Below, in pieces: positions 1 through 9,176 of a stretch of DNA of 64,000 nt. The notes under the pieces are model-generated. The model was not told where the DNA came from and did not search any database. It was given only the letters and a program-made list of their open reading frames with translations. Every line of letters starts with the position of its first letter. The first letter of the stretch is position 1. The stretch is from the NCBI GenBank assembly GCA_036741715.1, contig DAINRR010000005.1, forward strand, positions 25,203-89,202, read 5' to 3'. The position numbers and the translations under genes were made by a program. This stretch comes from Gemmatimonadales bacterium (GTDB taxonomy: Bacteria > Gemmatimonadota > Gemmatimonadetes > Gemmatimonadales > GWC2-71-9).

Positions 1-2291
1 ACCCGGAGACCGGTCACCCGCGAAGGCGCGGACGCCATCGCCATGATCGAGGCGACCGTCGTCCCGCTCACTGCCGCGACGAGGTGCTGGCTCACCGTCT
101 CGAGCACGTCGTGCGACTGGTGATAGTGCGGATTCCCCAGAATCGGGTAGGAGCCGATGCCGCCGACGATATCCCCGTACTGCTCGTAGTACGCGTGCGC
201 GTCGGTGTTCTTGTAGTAGCGGGCATCGTAGGTCACGAGATCGGTGAAGAGAAATGCCGCGGCGTGCTGCAGGTCGCGCACGCCGTCGTTCGAGTAGCGG
301 ATCGTGTTGTCGAGCCGGTGATCGTTCATGTACCCGACCATGTCGTTGTTGAGCGCGCCCACGATCCGCTTGCCGCCGGCCACCGCGCGGCGCACATACT
401 CCCGGCTCCCGAGCAGCCCCGCCTCCTCTCCCGTGAAGAACGCGAACTCGATCGTGGCCCCCTGCGGCCGCGCGGCCAGCACGCGTGCGGCCTCGAGGAG
501 CGCCGATGTGCCGGAGGTGTTGTCGTCCGAGCCGGGCCCCTCCTCGACCGAGTCGAAGTGGCTGCTGATCACGTAGACGAGGTCGGGATCCGTCGTTCCC
601 GGCAGCCGGGCGACGACGTTCGCGGTGCGGACGCCCGGCCGTGGCTCGAACCACTGGAGCTCCGGTTCGTAGCCGAACTCGCGGAGCCGGGCTGCGAGGT
701 ATTCGATGGCCCTGGCATTCCCGGGCTGCGTGATGTACTTCGAGCCGAAGGCGTAAAGGTCGCGCGCGTAGCCGTGGATCCGGCTGACGGAGACGTCGCG
801 TACGGCCTCCCGCACGCGGGCCGCGATCGGCTCGAAGGTCGCCTGGCCGCGTTCGCGCAGGTCCCGCTCACCCGCGAGGCTCGCGCTCACGCGTGCGCGG
901 AGCTCGGCCGCGGTGACGCGCCGGGACAAATCGGTGAGATACACCGACCGCTCGGGCGAGATCGTGTTGCCGTCCCGCTCCGCGACGACGAGGAGCTTCG
1001 TCCCGTCCGGAGACGCGGCCCACTCGTACTCGGCCGAGACCGTGCGGACCGTGTTGTTGTGAAATACGCGGATGCGGGCACCGGTGGCGAGGTCGTGAAT
1101 GTGCGCGCGGCGATGGCGCGCCTCCCCGATCACCGCGAGGACGCGGTTCGAGTCGAGGAAGCGCGGGAAGAGGTCGTGCTGGACCTCGTGCGTGATGCGA
1201 CGCTCACCCCGGCCCTCCACCCCGATCACGTACAGCTCCCAGTCCTCGCGCGGCATCATCTGGAACACGACCCGCGACTTGTCGGGCGAGAGCGCCGGGC
1301 TGTCCAGGCGCCGCGTGGTGCGAAGGAGGGTCTGCGGCTCGGCCCCGACGCCCAGCGGGAGGTAGGTGAGCGTGTGATGCGTGCTGTCGCGCTGCACGAA
1401 GACGATCGCGGTGCCGTCGCCTGCCGCCGAAAAGGCGCGTGCGGGAAAGCTGCGCTCACTGCCATCGGTCAGGTCGCGAACCACGACGCCGCGCTGCTCG
1501 AGATAGACCATGTGACGTCCACCCGCCGCGGCGAAGAGGCCCGCCCGCTGTCCCGGCTCATCCACGACCGGGGTCGGCGCGCCCGAGCCCGGAAGAACGT
1601 AGATGTCCGCGCGCTCTGCCTCCGACTCCGGGCCACCGACGAGATAGAGCGCACGCCCGTCGGCCGACCAGGCGAGACTCCGCCGCGAGAGCCCGGGCGC
1701 TGCGACCTCCCGCTCCCTCCCGGTCCGGAGATCGCGAACGCGAATCGTCGCCGTGGTCGCCTCGAGGCGCGAAAGCTCGGCCTGTGCACGGCGGAACGCC
1801 TCGGCGTCGCGGCGCCGGATCGCGGAATCGGCCTGCGCCCTGAGCGCAGCCATTGCCCGGGTCTCGGCGACGCCAAGATAGGCGGCCTCGGTGCCGAGCG
1901 GAGAGAAGACGAGGTTCCGGCCGGGAATCGTCGTCATCCCCCGGCGATCGTCCAGGTTCAGGATGTGCACCTTTCGCTCAGCGCCGGTGCCGCTGGCGAA
2001 GGCGGCGAAACGACCGTCTCGCGTCCACTGCACTTCCCGCCCGTCCGCCGCTATCGAATCGGTGTGAAAGAGCTCGCCGGTAAGGAGCGCGATCCGCTCG
2101 AGCGCGGCGCTCCCGGGCGCGGAGCCGAGCATCGACTCCAGGCGTGCGAGCGCTTCCGGATAATGACCGAGGCTCCACGCATGCTCGATCGAGTCGAGAA
2201 CGGCATCGGCGGGCGCGGCGGCGGCCTGCGCACCGAGCCCGGCAGGGGAGAATGCGAGGAGGAGCACGGCGGCGAATGCGTGACGCGGCAT
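1..2291 (-). CDS. M28 family metallopeptidase (aminopeptidase-like) with N-terminal PD40/TolB-like propeller region; 3' end runs off the window
   Basis: Absent from the ORF track because it has no stop inside the window. Hand translation of the minus strand from ATG 2291-2289 gives an open frame down to position 3. It starts with signal peptide MPRHAFAAVLLLAFSPAGLGAQA and has PD40-like 'LAWSADGRALY', 'ALSPDKSRVVF', 'AASPDGTKLLV'. These are followed by M28 zinc-site motifs 'VISSHFDSV', 'GSDDNTSGTSALLE', 'FFTGEEAGLLGS', 'LNNDMVG'. The plus-strand ORF 84-2780 is its antisense shadow. Confidence 0.85.
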   Translation of the reverse strand, partial: MPRHAFAAVLLLAFSPAGLGAQAAAAPADAVLDSIEHAWSLGHYPEALARLESMLGSAPGSAALERIALLTGELFHTDSIAADGREVQWTRDGRFAAFASGTGAERKVHILNLDDRRGMTTIPGRNLVFSPLGTEAAYLGVAETRAMAALRAQADSAIRRRDAEAFRRAQAELSRLEATTATIRVRDLRTGREREVAAPGLSRRSLAWSADGRALYLVGGPESEAERADIYVLPGSGAPTPVVDEPGQRAGLFAAAGGRHMVYLEQRGVVVRDLTDGSERSFPARAFSAAGDGTAIVFVQRDSTHHTLTYLPLGVGAEPQTLLRTTRRLDSPALSPDKSRVVFQMMPREDWELYVIGVEGRGERRITHEVQHDLFPRFLDSNRVLAVIGEARHRRAHIHDLATGARIRVFHNNTVRTVSAEYEWAASPDGTKLLVVAERDGNTISPERSVYLTDLSRRVTAAELRARVSASLAGERDLRERGQATFEPIAARVREAVRDVSVSRIHGYARDLYAFGSKYITQPGNARAIEYLAARLREFGYEPELQWFEPRPGVRTANVVARLPGTTDPDLVYVISSHFDSVEEGPGSDDNTSGTSALLEAARVLAARPQGATIEFAFFTGEEAGLLGSREYVRRAVAGGKRIVGALNNDMVGYMNDHRLDNTIRYSNDGVRDLQHAAAFLFTDLVTYDARYYKNTDAHAYYEQYGDIVGGIGSYPILGNPHYHQSHDVLETVSQHLVAAVSGTTVASIMAMASAPSRVTGLR

Positions 2292-2405
2292 CGGAGAGTT
2301 CCTGATCGGCGGGTTCAGCGGAATCTATCGAAAAACCTTGCACCCCGCTTCACCGAATCTTCATCGGCCTGGTCCGAGATTGCGGATGAAGATCGGGAGG
2401 GTCTC

Positions 2406-2780
2406 ATGCGGATCGCAATCGCCGTTTTCCTCGCATTGCATGGCTTCGCGCACTTCGTCGGCTTTGCGGGCTCGTTTGGTCTCGCCGAGTCGATTCCCTA
2501 CAAGACCACCGTGCTCGGCGGCACGGTGGACCTGGGGGATGCCGGCATTCGTGCGTTCGGAATGCTCTGGCTGGTAGCCGGGGGTGCCTTCCTCGTCGCT
2601 TCGGCTGCGGCGATGACGAGCCAGGAGTGGTGGGTCAAGGCACTGCTCGTCGCTGCCACGAGCTCGCTCGTGCTGAGCCTCATGGCACTGCCCGAGGCGA
2701 AGGTGGGCGTCCTCCTCAACCTGCTCATCCTCGCCGCGGTAGGTGTCTGGCGGATGGGCTGGCTCCCCGCCAGGATCTGA
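2406..2780 (+). CDS. small integral membrane protein (about 4 hydrophobic segments), unknown function
   Basis: This is the last 124 codons of track ORF 84-2780. ATG at 2406 is preceded by GGGAGGG. The sequence MRIAIAVFLALHGFAHFVGF...LLNLLILAAVGVW is clearly hydrophobic-helical, unlike the Arg/Val/Asp-rich upstream part. Confidence 0.6.
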   Translation: MRIAIAVFLALHGFAHFVGFAGSFGLAESIPYKTTVLGGTVDLGDAGIRAFGMLWLVAGGAFLVASAAAMTSQEWWVKALLVAATSSLVLSLMALPEAKVGVLLNLLILAAVGVWRMGWLPARI

Positions 2781-2792
2781 ATCGCCCGCTCG

Positions 2793-3032
2793 TCAGTCTT
2801 CCCGGGTCGTATCGCTGTCCACAGGCCGGTCTCCCCGGCGCACGGTCGTATCGACCGTGACGTTCGTATCGCGCGTGACGATCACGGTGTCCTGCATCGT
2901 CCGCTCGACCACGGTCGTATCCGCCGAGATGCCTGGCTCCCGGTCGGCCGCGCCCTCGTCCCGGTCGCCATCATTGTCATCGTCGCATGCCACCACCGCT
3001 GCCACCAGCGCCAGCACGGCAAGTCGTCGCAT
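2793..3032 (-). CDS. small acidic lipoprotein, unknown function
   Basis: This is the last 79 codons of track ORF 2793-4250. ATG at 3032 has GGAG about 8 nt upstream. It has lipobox signal MRRLAVLALVAAVVAC followed by a D/T-rich mature part. Confidence 0.5.
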   Translation of the reverse strand: MRRLAVLALVAAVVACDDDNDGDRDEGAADREPGISADTTVVERTMQDTVIVTRDTNVTVDTTVRRGDRPVDSDTTRED

Positions 3033-3133
3033 CAGATTGCTCCTGTCAGAGATCGCCCGCCTGCACCTCCTGAACGATCTCGCCGGCGATGCATGGCTGC
3101 GGTGAGTCGGGTCACACACCGGGACATCGGGGA

Positions 3134-4294
3134 TCAGTCGGCCGCGGCAGCCGCCGGTCGGAGGCGTATGACTTTCCCGTTGTCCGCGTCGGTGACGACG
3201 TAGACCAGCCCGTCGGGACCCTCCTTCACGTCGCGGACACGCGCACCGCCGTCCACCCGGTACCGCTCTTCCCTCGTGATGCGCCGTCCGTCGAGCACCA
3301 GCCGCACGAGTGATCCGCTGCCGAGCGAGCCGATGAGCACGTTGCCCCTCCACCCGGGAAACGCATCGCCGGTATAGAACGTCATGCCCGAAGGCGCGAT
3401 CACCGGATCCCAGTAGTAGACCGGCTGCTCCATCCCTTCCTTCGCCGTGCCTTCCCCGATCCGCATTCCCGAGTAGTCGACGCCGTAGGTGATCACCGGC
3501 CACCCGTAGTTGCGTCCCTTCTCCGGCTGGTTCAGCTCGTCTCCGCCGCGGGCGCCGTGCTCGACCGTCCAGAGGTTGCCGTCCGGGTCGAGCGTCGCCG
3601 CCTGGGCGTTGCGATGGCCGTACGACCAGATCTCCGGGCGCGCCCCCTCGCGATTCACGAACGGATTGTCGCGCGGAACGGTGCCGTCGGCGTTGATGCG
3701 CATGATCTTTCCGATGCCGCTCGAGAGGTCCTGCACCCGGGCCCGCTGGTTCTGCCGGTCTCCCTGCGTCACGAAGAGCGTGCCGTCGGGATGAAAGACG
3801 AGGCGGGACCCGTAATGCCCTCCGCTCCGCACCTTCGACACCTGGCGATAGATGACCTGCACGTTTTCCAGGCCGGTCGCTCCGAGTCGCCCTCGCGCCA
3901 CGGAGGTTCCCGCCGCGCCGCCCTCTCCCGGCTCCGAGAACGAGAGATACACGAACCGGTTCTCGGCGAATTTCGGGTCGAGCGCCACATCGAGGAGACC
4001 GCCCTGGCTTCGGGCCGCGACCTCGGGCACGCCGCCGAGCGGCGGGGATACCTGGCCCCCAGCGGTGACGATCCGCAGCCGGCCCGGCCGCTCGGTGACG
4101 AGCATCCGCCCATCGGGAAGAAACTCCAGTGCCCAGGGGTGCTCGAGCCCCTCGGCGACGACCTCGCTCCGGACGACGCCGTCGGTCGGCTCGGGCGTCG
4201 GCGAGCGCTGGGCCGGCCCCTCCTGGCTCGCAGCGCCGCGCGGCCCGCACGCCGCGAGGATGCCGCCGAGCAGGAGGGCGGAAAATGCACGCAT
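3134..4294 (-). CDS. PQQ-dependent soluble sugar (glucose/sorbosone) dehydrogenase family lipoprotein
   Basis: 386 aa with signal/lipobox LLLGGILAAC. Family-typical blocks are 'GLEHPWALEFLPDGRMLVTERPGRLR', 'GGLLDVALDP', 'HYGSRLVFHPDGTLFVTQGD', 'SYGHRNAQ', 'GGDELN', 'GRNYGWP'. GGAG lies before the ATG. Confidence 0.9.
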   Translation of the reverse strand: MRAFSALLLGGILAACGPRGAASQEGPAQRSPTPEPTDGVVRSEVVAEGLEHPWALEFLPDGRMLVTERPGRLRIVTAGGQVSPPLGGVPEVAARSQGGLLDVALDPKFAENRFVYLSFSEPGEGGAAGTSVARGRLGATGLENVQVIYRQVSKVRSGGHYGSRLVFHPDGTLFVTQGDRQNQRARVQDLSSGIGKIMRINADGTVPRDNPFVNREGARPEIWSYGHRNAQAATLDPDGNLWTVEHGARGGDELNQPEKGRNYGWPVITYGVDYSGMRIGEGTAKEGMEQPVYYWDPVIAPSGMTFYTGDAFPGWRGNVLIGSLGSGSLVRLVLDGRRITREERYRVDGGARVRDVKEGPDGLVYVVTDADNGKVIRLRPAAAAAD

Positions 4295-4309
4295 GATCTT
4301 CGTCTCCGT

Positions 4310-5410
4310 TCAGTGCTGCATGGGTGGCGCCGTGCGCGCCGAATCGGGGGCATTCGGATCGATGGCGCGAAGCACGCCGACCGCGCCCTTCGTGGCGTCG
4401 GCAAAGGCGTGCGTCACGAACGGATAATCGCCGGGCTCGCGCAGGCGCGTCTCGAAGATGGCGCCGCCTCCCACCGGGACGTTCACGGTCTGCACCCCGC
4501 GCAGCGGGTTCGCGAGCGAGCCGTCCTGGAAGACCTGCGAGAAGATTCCGCCGACCACGTGGAACGACGAGATGCGGTTCGGTCCGGCGTTGACGACGTA
4601 CATCCGTACCAGCTCGTTCGGCGCCACCTCGAGGGGGTGCTCCGCGTACTGCGATGCGCGCCCGTTGAAGACGACGTGGTCGGGCGCGAGGCCGAGCATG
4701 CGGTTCCAGTCGATGGTGAACGCGCCGTTCGCGTCCTTGTTGGGTGACAGGTAGAACTCGCTCTGTACCAGCACGAACTCCTTCGCCCGCGGGCGCGGCG
4801 ACGGCGGATCCACGATGAAAGCGCCATACATCCCGTTCGCGATGTGCAACGCGACGGGTGCCGTGCCGCAGTGATACATGAACGCACCCGGAACACGCGC
4901 CACGAAGCGGTACTGGATCGAGTCCCCCGGCATCAGGTTGCGGTAATACTTGTCCGGTGCGATCTCGGCGGCGTGGAAATCGAGACTGTGCGGAATCGGG
5001 GCGCGATTGATCAGGGTGAAATCGATCGTGTCGCCCTGCACGACGCGGAGGACCGGCCCGGGCACTCGGTTGTCGAACGTCCAGCCCGCGTAGGTCTTCC
5101 CAGGGGCGATCGTCACGGTCGCATGCGTCATTTCCAGCCGGAGCCGATGCAGCCGGCGACGCGTGCCCGGTTCGAGTTCCGCCGAAATCGGAGCCGGAGC
5201 CGATCCCGGGCGGCCGACGGGTGCTTCGCCGTGCGAGACATTGGCCGGCGGGTTCGTGTCCGGCCGGGCGGCGCCGGACTGTGGAAGTCCCACCGGGCGA
5301 TCGCCCGGTTGCGCGGCCGCCGACGTGTCACCGGCGGCGGCGGTTCCTTCATTGCGGGCATCACAGGCGGCCAGGAACGCCGCCGCGACGAGAATGACGT
5401 GGTATTTCAA
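4310..5410 (-). CDS. nirK: copper-containing nitrite reductase (NirK-type two-domain multicopper protein), lipoprotein
   Basis: Type-1/type-2 Cu ligand blocks are 'HSLDFHAAE', 'FMYHCGTAPVALHIANGMYGAFIV', 'SSFHVVGGIF', 'YPFVTHAFADATKGAVGVL'. I place the start at TTG 5410 (GGAGAG 4 nt upstream), giving lipobox signal (M)KYHVILVAAAFLAAC. An alternative ATG is at 5479. The track ORF extends to 5794, which I consider an unlikely N-terminus. Confidence 0.8.
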   Translation of the reverse strand: MKYHVILVAAAFLAACDARNEGTAAAGDTSAAAQPGDRPVGLPQSGAARPDTNPPANVSHGEAPVGRPGSAPAPISAELEPGTRRRLHRLRLEMTHATVTIAPGKTYAGWTFDNRVPGPVLRVVQGDTIDFTLINRAPIPHSLDFHAAEIAPDKYYRNLMPGDSIQYRFVARVPGAFMYHCGTAPVALHIANGMYGAFIVDPPSPRPRAKEFVLVQSEFYLSPNKDANGAFTIDWNRMLGLAPDHVVFNGRASQYAEHPLEVAPNELVRMYVVNAGPNRISSFHVVGGIFSQVFQDGSLANPLRGVQTVNVPVGGGAIFETRLREPGDYPFVTHAFADATKGAVGVLRAIDPNAPDSARTAPPMQH

Positions 5411-5518
5411 CGGTCTCTCCGGGTCGGATGAATGTCGTGATCTCACGATCCTCCCGGAATCTATTCCCCGGCCGGACATCGGACGTGCCGGCCCGGGGTG
5501 GCTGGACGTCCTCCGGGT

Positions 5519-6703
5519 ATGAACCGGGCTCGCAGACCCTTGCCGCTCATCCTCCTCGCGCTGCTCTCCTGCAGTGAGCCGACGGAGCCGACGGTTCCCA
5601 TCATCCGCGCGGTTACGACCCTTGCCGTCGGTGCCGGGCATGCATGCCGGGTGGCGCCGACTTCGCACGTTTACTGCTGGGGCCGTGGCAGCGAGGGACA
5701 GCTCGGCCATGGCCAATTCGTGCCGGTGCCGGCACCGCCCTCTGAGGTATTCGATGCCGCGTCGTACCGGAGCGTTGTCGGCGGCCGCTCGCACACCTGC
5801 GCGCTCGACGCCGAGGGCGGCGCGTGGTGCTGGGGCGCGAACGACCGGGGCCAGCTCGGCATTGATCCAGCGGATTTCGTCACCTGCGGTGCCGCGTCAT
5901 GCAGTCCGGTACCGGCACCGGTCGTCGGAAATCACCGGTTCGTCGCACTGGCCGCGGGTGACCAGTTCACCTGTGGGCTCGAGGCCAGTGGCAGCGCGTG
6001 GTGCTGGGGCATGGGTGACGTCGGTCAGCTCGGCCAGGCGATTTCCGCGGAGTGCGGCGGCAATCGCTGCTCGATGGTCCCGGTCTCCGTACAGGGCGGG
6101 CACCGCCTTCGTACGCTCAGCGCCGGACTCGCGCATGCGTGCGGCCTCAGCGAAGCCGGCGAGGCCGTCTGCTGGGGCTACAACGATCAGGGCCAGCTTG
6201 GCCGCGGCGACAGAGTGTCCAGCCCGCTGCCTCTCGCCGTCCCGAGCGACGAACGGTTCGTGCAGGTGAGCGCCGGCGGATTGCACACCTGCGCCGTGAC
6301 CGAGGCGGGATCGGCCTGGTGCTGGGGGATCGATGCGCTGGGTGCGGGACCGGCCATTCTCGAAAGCGACGTCCCGGTACCGGTGACAGGCGGCGGCACC
6401 TGGATCCAGGTCGAAGCCGGCCGTGTCTCGACCTGCGCCATCCGGACGGAGCGACGCGTCGAGTGCTGGGGCACCAATCTGAGGAGCGAGATGGGCTTTC
6501 CCGAGGAAGAGATCCACCACCTCTTCCCGGCCCCGCGGCCCACCGACAGCGATCGGCCTTTCGACACGATCGCGGGCGAGTACCAGACCTACTGCGGTAT
6601 CAATCCCGCGGGCGAAGTCTGGTGCTGGGGTGCCGGATCCCAGGGGCAGCTCGGGTCGGGGACGATGGACAGCGCGGAGCCCATCCGCGTTCCCCTCCCG
6701 TAA
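5519..6703 (+). CDS. RCC1-repeat (beta-propeller) lipoprotein
   Basis: Signal/lipobox MNRARRPLPLILLALLSC. It has repeated 'H(T/A)C(A/G)L...G..WCWG.N..GQLG' units about seven times. A GTG at 5498 is an alternative start. Confidence 0.8.
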   Translation: MNRARRPLPLILLALLSCSEPTEPTVPIIRAVTTLAVGAGHACRVAPTSHVYCWGRGSEGQLGHGQFVPVPAPPSEVFDAASYRSVVGGRSHTCALDAEGGAWCWGANDRGQLGIDPADFVTCGAASCSPVPAPVVGNHRFVALAAGDQFTCGLEASGSAWCWGMGDVGQLGQAISAECGGNRCSMVPVSVQGGHRLRTLSAGLAHACGLSEAGEAVCWGYNDQGQLGRGDRVSSPLPLAVPSDERFVQVSAGGLHTCAVTEAGSAWCWGIDALGAGPAILESDVPVPVTGGGTWIQVEAGRVSTCAIRTERRVECWGTNLRSEMGFPEEEIHHLFPAPRPTDSDRPFDTIAGEYQTYCGINPAGEVWCWGAGSQGQLGSGTMDSAEPIRVPLP

Positions 6704-6713
6704 CCCCCGGGGC

Positions 6714-7919
6714 TCACCGCGCCGACGCCTCCAGTCTGGACGTCACGCTCGTCAGCTTTTCCGCCGAAGCATCGAGGACGGGATCATTGTTCTTCCGCGC
6801 GAGCGCCACCGCGCGCGCAAAGCTTTCACGCGCATTCTGCAATTCCCCGGCAGCCTCGTATCCGTCGCCCAGGCTGTCGAAGGTGTTCGCGGACTGTGGA
6901 TAGCGTTCCGTGTTCACCTTGAACACCGCGATCGCCTCCTGGGAGAGGTTGCGCCCGAGAAGGATGTACCCCAGCCGGTTGATCATCGGCTCGGTGACGG
7001 GGATCGTGTAGCCGTACTTCCGGGAAAGCGTCTCGTACCGCCGCTCGAGATCGGCCACGCTGCGCATCGTCGTGTCGAGCTCGAGCCGCAGGTCCGCGAA
7101 CATCGCCTCCAGCCCGTCGTAGAGCGACCGGTGCGGGATCGACCCGTGCGATTCCGCAGGCATGTGATGAAACTGCCACTGCATCGTGGCCGGGGCGTCT
7201 CGCTTCAGGATTTCCGCGATGCGCTGCGCGCTCGAGAGCATCTCGCCGCCCTCATTGCCTGTGGTCATGTAGAGCGATGCGCGAAGGTCGCGCTGCTTTG
7301 CGAGAAAGTCCGGGAGGGCCGACACCAGCGCCTGCTGGTTCCACCAGGTGGACGGGCTGATGGCGATGTACCCGTCGAACACCTCCGGCCGCGCCATCAG
7401 CGCGTGCAGGGCGAAGAGCCCGCCGAACGAGTGGCCCACCAGCACCCGGTAATCGAGCGTGCGATTCGTCTCGTCGAGATACGGGATCAGCTCGTCGCCC
7501 AGGAAGCGGAGGAACTGGTCGGCCCCGCCCGTGCGATCCCGGAATTGCGGGTCGTTCGTCGGCGGCGTGAGGTCGCGCGTGCGGTCCCGGTTGCCGACGC
7601 CCACCACGATCATCGGCGGAATCCGCTGATTGGCGACGAGGAAGTCCACCACCCCTGACGCATGGTGGAAATGTCCGTCGCCGTCCAGGAGGATCAGGAG
7701 CGGGTAGCGCTCGTTGTTCCGCTCGTACCCGCCTGGCCGATAGATCACGAGCGGATACTCCGCGCGCAGAATCGCCGAGCGGAACGTGGTGCGCTCGCCG
7801 ATGATGACGGGGAGTGACGGGGTCGTGAGGCTGGACGGCGGGCTTCCGCTCTGAGAGGAGAGCGGCGCAGCCCGGACGAGGACGGCGGCAGCCAGGACGA
7901 CGAACGTACGGATGCGCAT
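6714..7919 (-). CDS. alpha/beta hydrolase (putative esterase family) with C-terminal TPR-like region
   Basis: Signal peptide MRIRTFVVLAAAVLVRAAPLSSQ. Nucleophile elbow 'VGHSFGG'. 'PLLILLDGD' and 'ISPSTWW' are typical of the putative-esterase fold. The C-terminus is helical-repeat. Confidence 0.85.
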   Translation of the reverse strand: MRIRTFVVLAAAVLVRAAPLSSQSGSPPSSLTTPSLPVIIGERTTFRSAILRAEYPLVIYRPGGYERNNERYPLLILLDGDGHFHHASGVVDFLVANQRIPPMIVVGVGNRDRTRDLTPPTNDPQFRDRTGGADQFLRFLGDELIPYLDETNRTLDYRVLVGHSFGGLFALHALMARPEVFDGYIAISPSTWWNQQALVSALPDFLAKQRDLRASLYMTTGNEGGEMLSSAQRIAEILKRDAPATMQWQFHHMPAESHGSIPHRSLYDGLEAMFADLRLELDTTMRSVADLERRYETLSRKYGYTIPVTEPMINRLGYILLGRNLSQEAIAVFKVNTERYPQSANTFDSLGDGYEAAGELQNARESFARAVALARKNNDPVLDASAEKLTSVTSRLEASAR

Positions 7920-8073
7920 GCCAGGCTCCTGTGGCCGGGGGAAGCGTGGGGGATTCGTACCCTACGTGGACAGGCCACGAACGGTTGCGTGGGCCTCTGC
8001 CGGGACGCTTCGGTAAAGGAATCTTCCAGCGGCATTCACGGCCATATCACCGGCAGGAGGCGAAATTGCCGGC

Positions 8074-8622
8074 ATGACGACTCCATCGAAAGCCCTTCGG
8101 GCCACTCTGTTTGCCGCCGCGCTCACGGTTCCCGGCGCAGCCGCCGCCCAGCATGCCGACCATGCCGGCCATGGCGCCGGTCTTCCCTCCATTCCCGGCT
8201 CGATCCGTGCCGAGCACCAGGAGATTCACGCGCGACTCGAAGCCGCGACGAAGGCGCCTGGCGCCACTGGCCGGGCCGCTCGCGAGCTGGCCGCCGTCCT
8301 TCACCCGCATTTCCTCCGCGAGGAACAGATCGCGCTGCCCCCGCTTGGCCTGCTCGCTCCACTCGCGCGCGGTGAATTCGGTCCGGAAATGCGCAGCGTG
8401 CTTCCGCTCACCGATTCACTTCGCGCCGAGCTGCCCCGGATGCTCACGGAGCATGAGGCCATCCACGCAGCGACGGCCCGGCTTCTCGAAGCCGCGCGCG
8501 CCGAGCACCAGGCCGAGGCCGTCGGGCTTGCCGAAGCACTCGCACTCCATGCGACGAGCGAAGAAGAGATCTTCTATCCCGCGGCCGTGCTCGTCGGGGA
8601 TCTCGTCCGGGCACACAGATGA
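8074..8622 (+). CDS. hemerythrin (HHE cation-binding) domain protein with N-terminal signal peptide
   Basis: Two H..xH / H...EE half-sites: 'IRAEHQEIHARL...LHPHFLREEQIALP' and 'LTEHEAIHAA...LHATSEEEIFYPA'. N-terminus is MTTPSKALRATLFAAALTVPGAAAAQ. Confidence 0.8.
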   Translation: MTTPSKALRATLFAAALTVPGAAAAQHADHAGHGAGLPSIPGSIRAEHQEIHARLEAATKAPGATGRAARELAAVLHPHFLREEQIALPPLGLLAPLARGEFGPEMRSVLPLTDSLRAELPRMLTEHEAIHAATARLLEAARAEHQAEAVGLAEALALHATSEEEIFYPAAVLVGDLVRAHR

Positions 8623-9152
8623 CCATCACGCTCCCGCCGGAACAGCATCTGGAGGTCCGCGCTGCGCTTCCCGGGCTCACGCTCGCCGTGATCACCCTGC
8701 TCTTCGGCTTCGGGCTCGGCATCGTCTTCGGGCTCAACGAGGACGCGATCAAGTCACGTTTCGTCGCGTCTGCCGCCGCCGTACAGGAAACGGTCTACCG
8801 GGGCGATTCGGCCGCGGCGAAGCCCGTGCTCGACAAGTCGTGGAGCTACGCCCAGCGCGCCCACCTGCATGCCGGCAGCCTCGGTGCGTCGGGGATCGCA
8901 CTCACGGTCACGCTGCTCCTGATCGGCACGGGCCCCGGCCTCACGCGGGTACTGTCCCTCGCGTTCGGAATCGGCGGACTCGGCTACTCGGCCTTCTGGC
9001 TGCTCGCGGCGTTTCGGGCACCCGGGCTCGGCAGCACCGGAGCCGCGAAGGAGTCACTCGCCTGGCTGGCGATGCCCTCGGCGGGACTCTTCGTGGCGGC
9101 AACGGCGGTGGTGGCGCTCCTCTGCCTTCGCGGGCTCTTCCGGCGGCGGTAG
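8619..9152 (+). CDS. membrane protein (4 predicted TM segments), unknown function
   Basis: Its ATG overlaps the stop of the hemerythrin gene (ATGA at 8619-8622). Hydrophobic segments include LTLAVITLLFGFGLGIVFGL, IALTVTLLLIG, LGYSAFWLLAAF, LFVAATAVVALLCL. Confidence 0.7.
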   Translation: MTITLPPEQHLEVRAALPGLTLAVITLLFGFGLGIVFGLNEDAIKSRFVASAAAVQETVYRGDSAAAKPVLDKSWSYAQRAHLHAGSLGASGIALTVTLLLIGTGPGLTRVLSLAFGIGGLGYSAFWLLAAFRAPGLGSTGAAKESLAWLAMPSAGLFVAATAVVALLCLRGLFRRR

Positions 9153-9176
9153 ACCGGCGGCGTTGATCCAGCGGGG

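Noticed and set aside
84-2780. 898-aa plus-strand ORF, the longest ORF at the left end of the track
   Set aside because: Its translation is Arg/Val/Asp/His-rich with no motifs. It is the antisense reading of the M28 peptidase gene (1-2291, minus), which has clear catalytic motifs. Only its last 124 codons (2406-2780) look like a real membrane protein.
2793-4250. 485-aa minus ORF; 13673-14791 (372 aa); 24607-25752 and 24972-26147; 8111-9166; 8941-10002; 9936-10901; 10864-12399
   Set aside because: These are alternative or antisense frames of genes with solid domain evidence. All are Arg/Pro/Gly-rich low-complexity translations typical of off-frame reading in GC-rich DNA. From 2793-4250 only the terminal 79-codon lipoprotein was kept.
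4310-5794. Long N-terminal extension of the nirK ORF (494 aa)
   Set aside because: The extra roughly 128 codons are Arg-rich, precede a perfect lipoprotein signal, and overlap the divergent RCC1 gene start region. TTG 5410 with a GGAGAG RBS is a better start.
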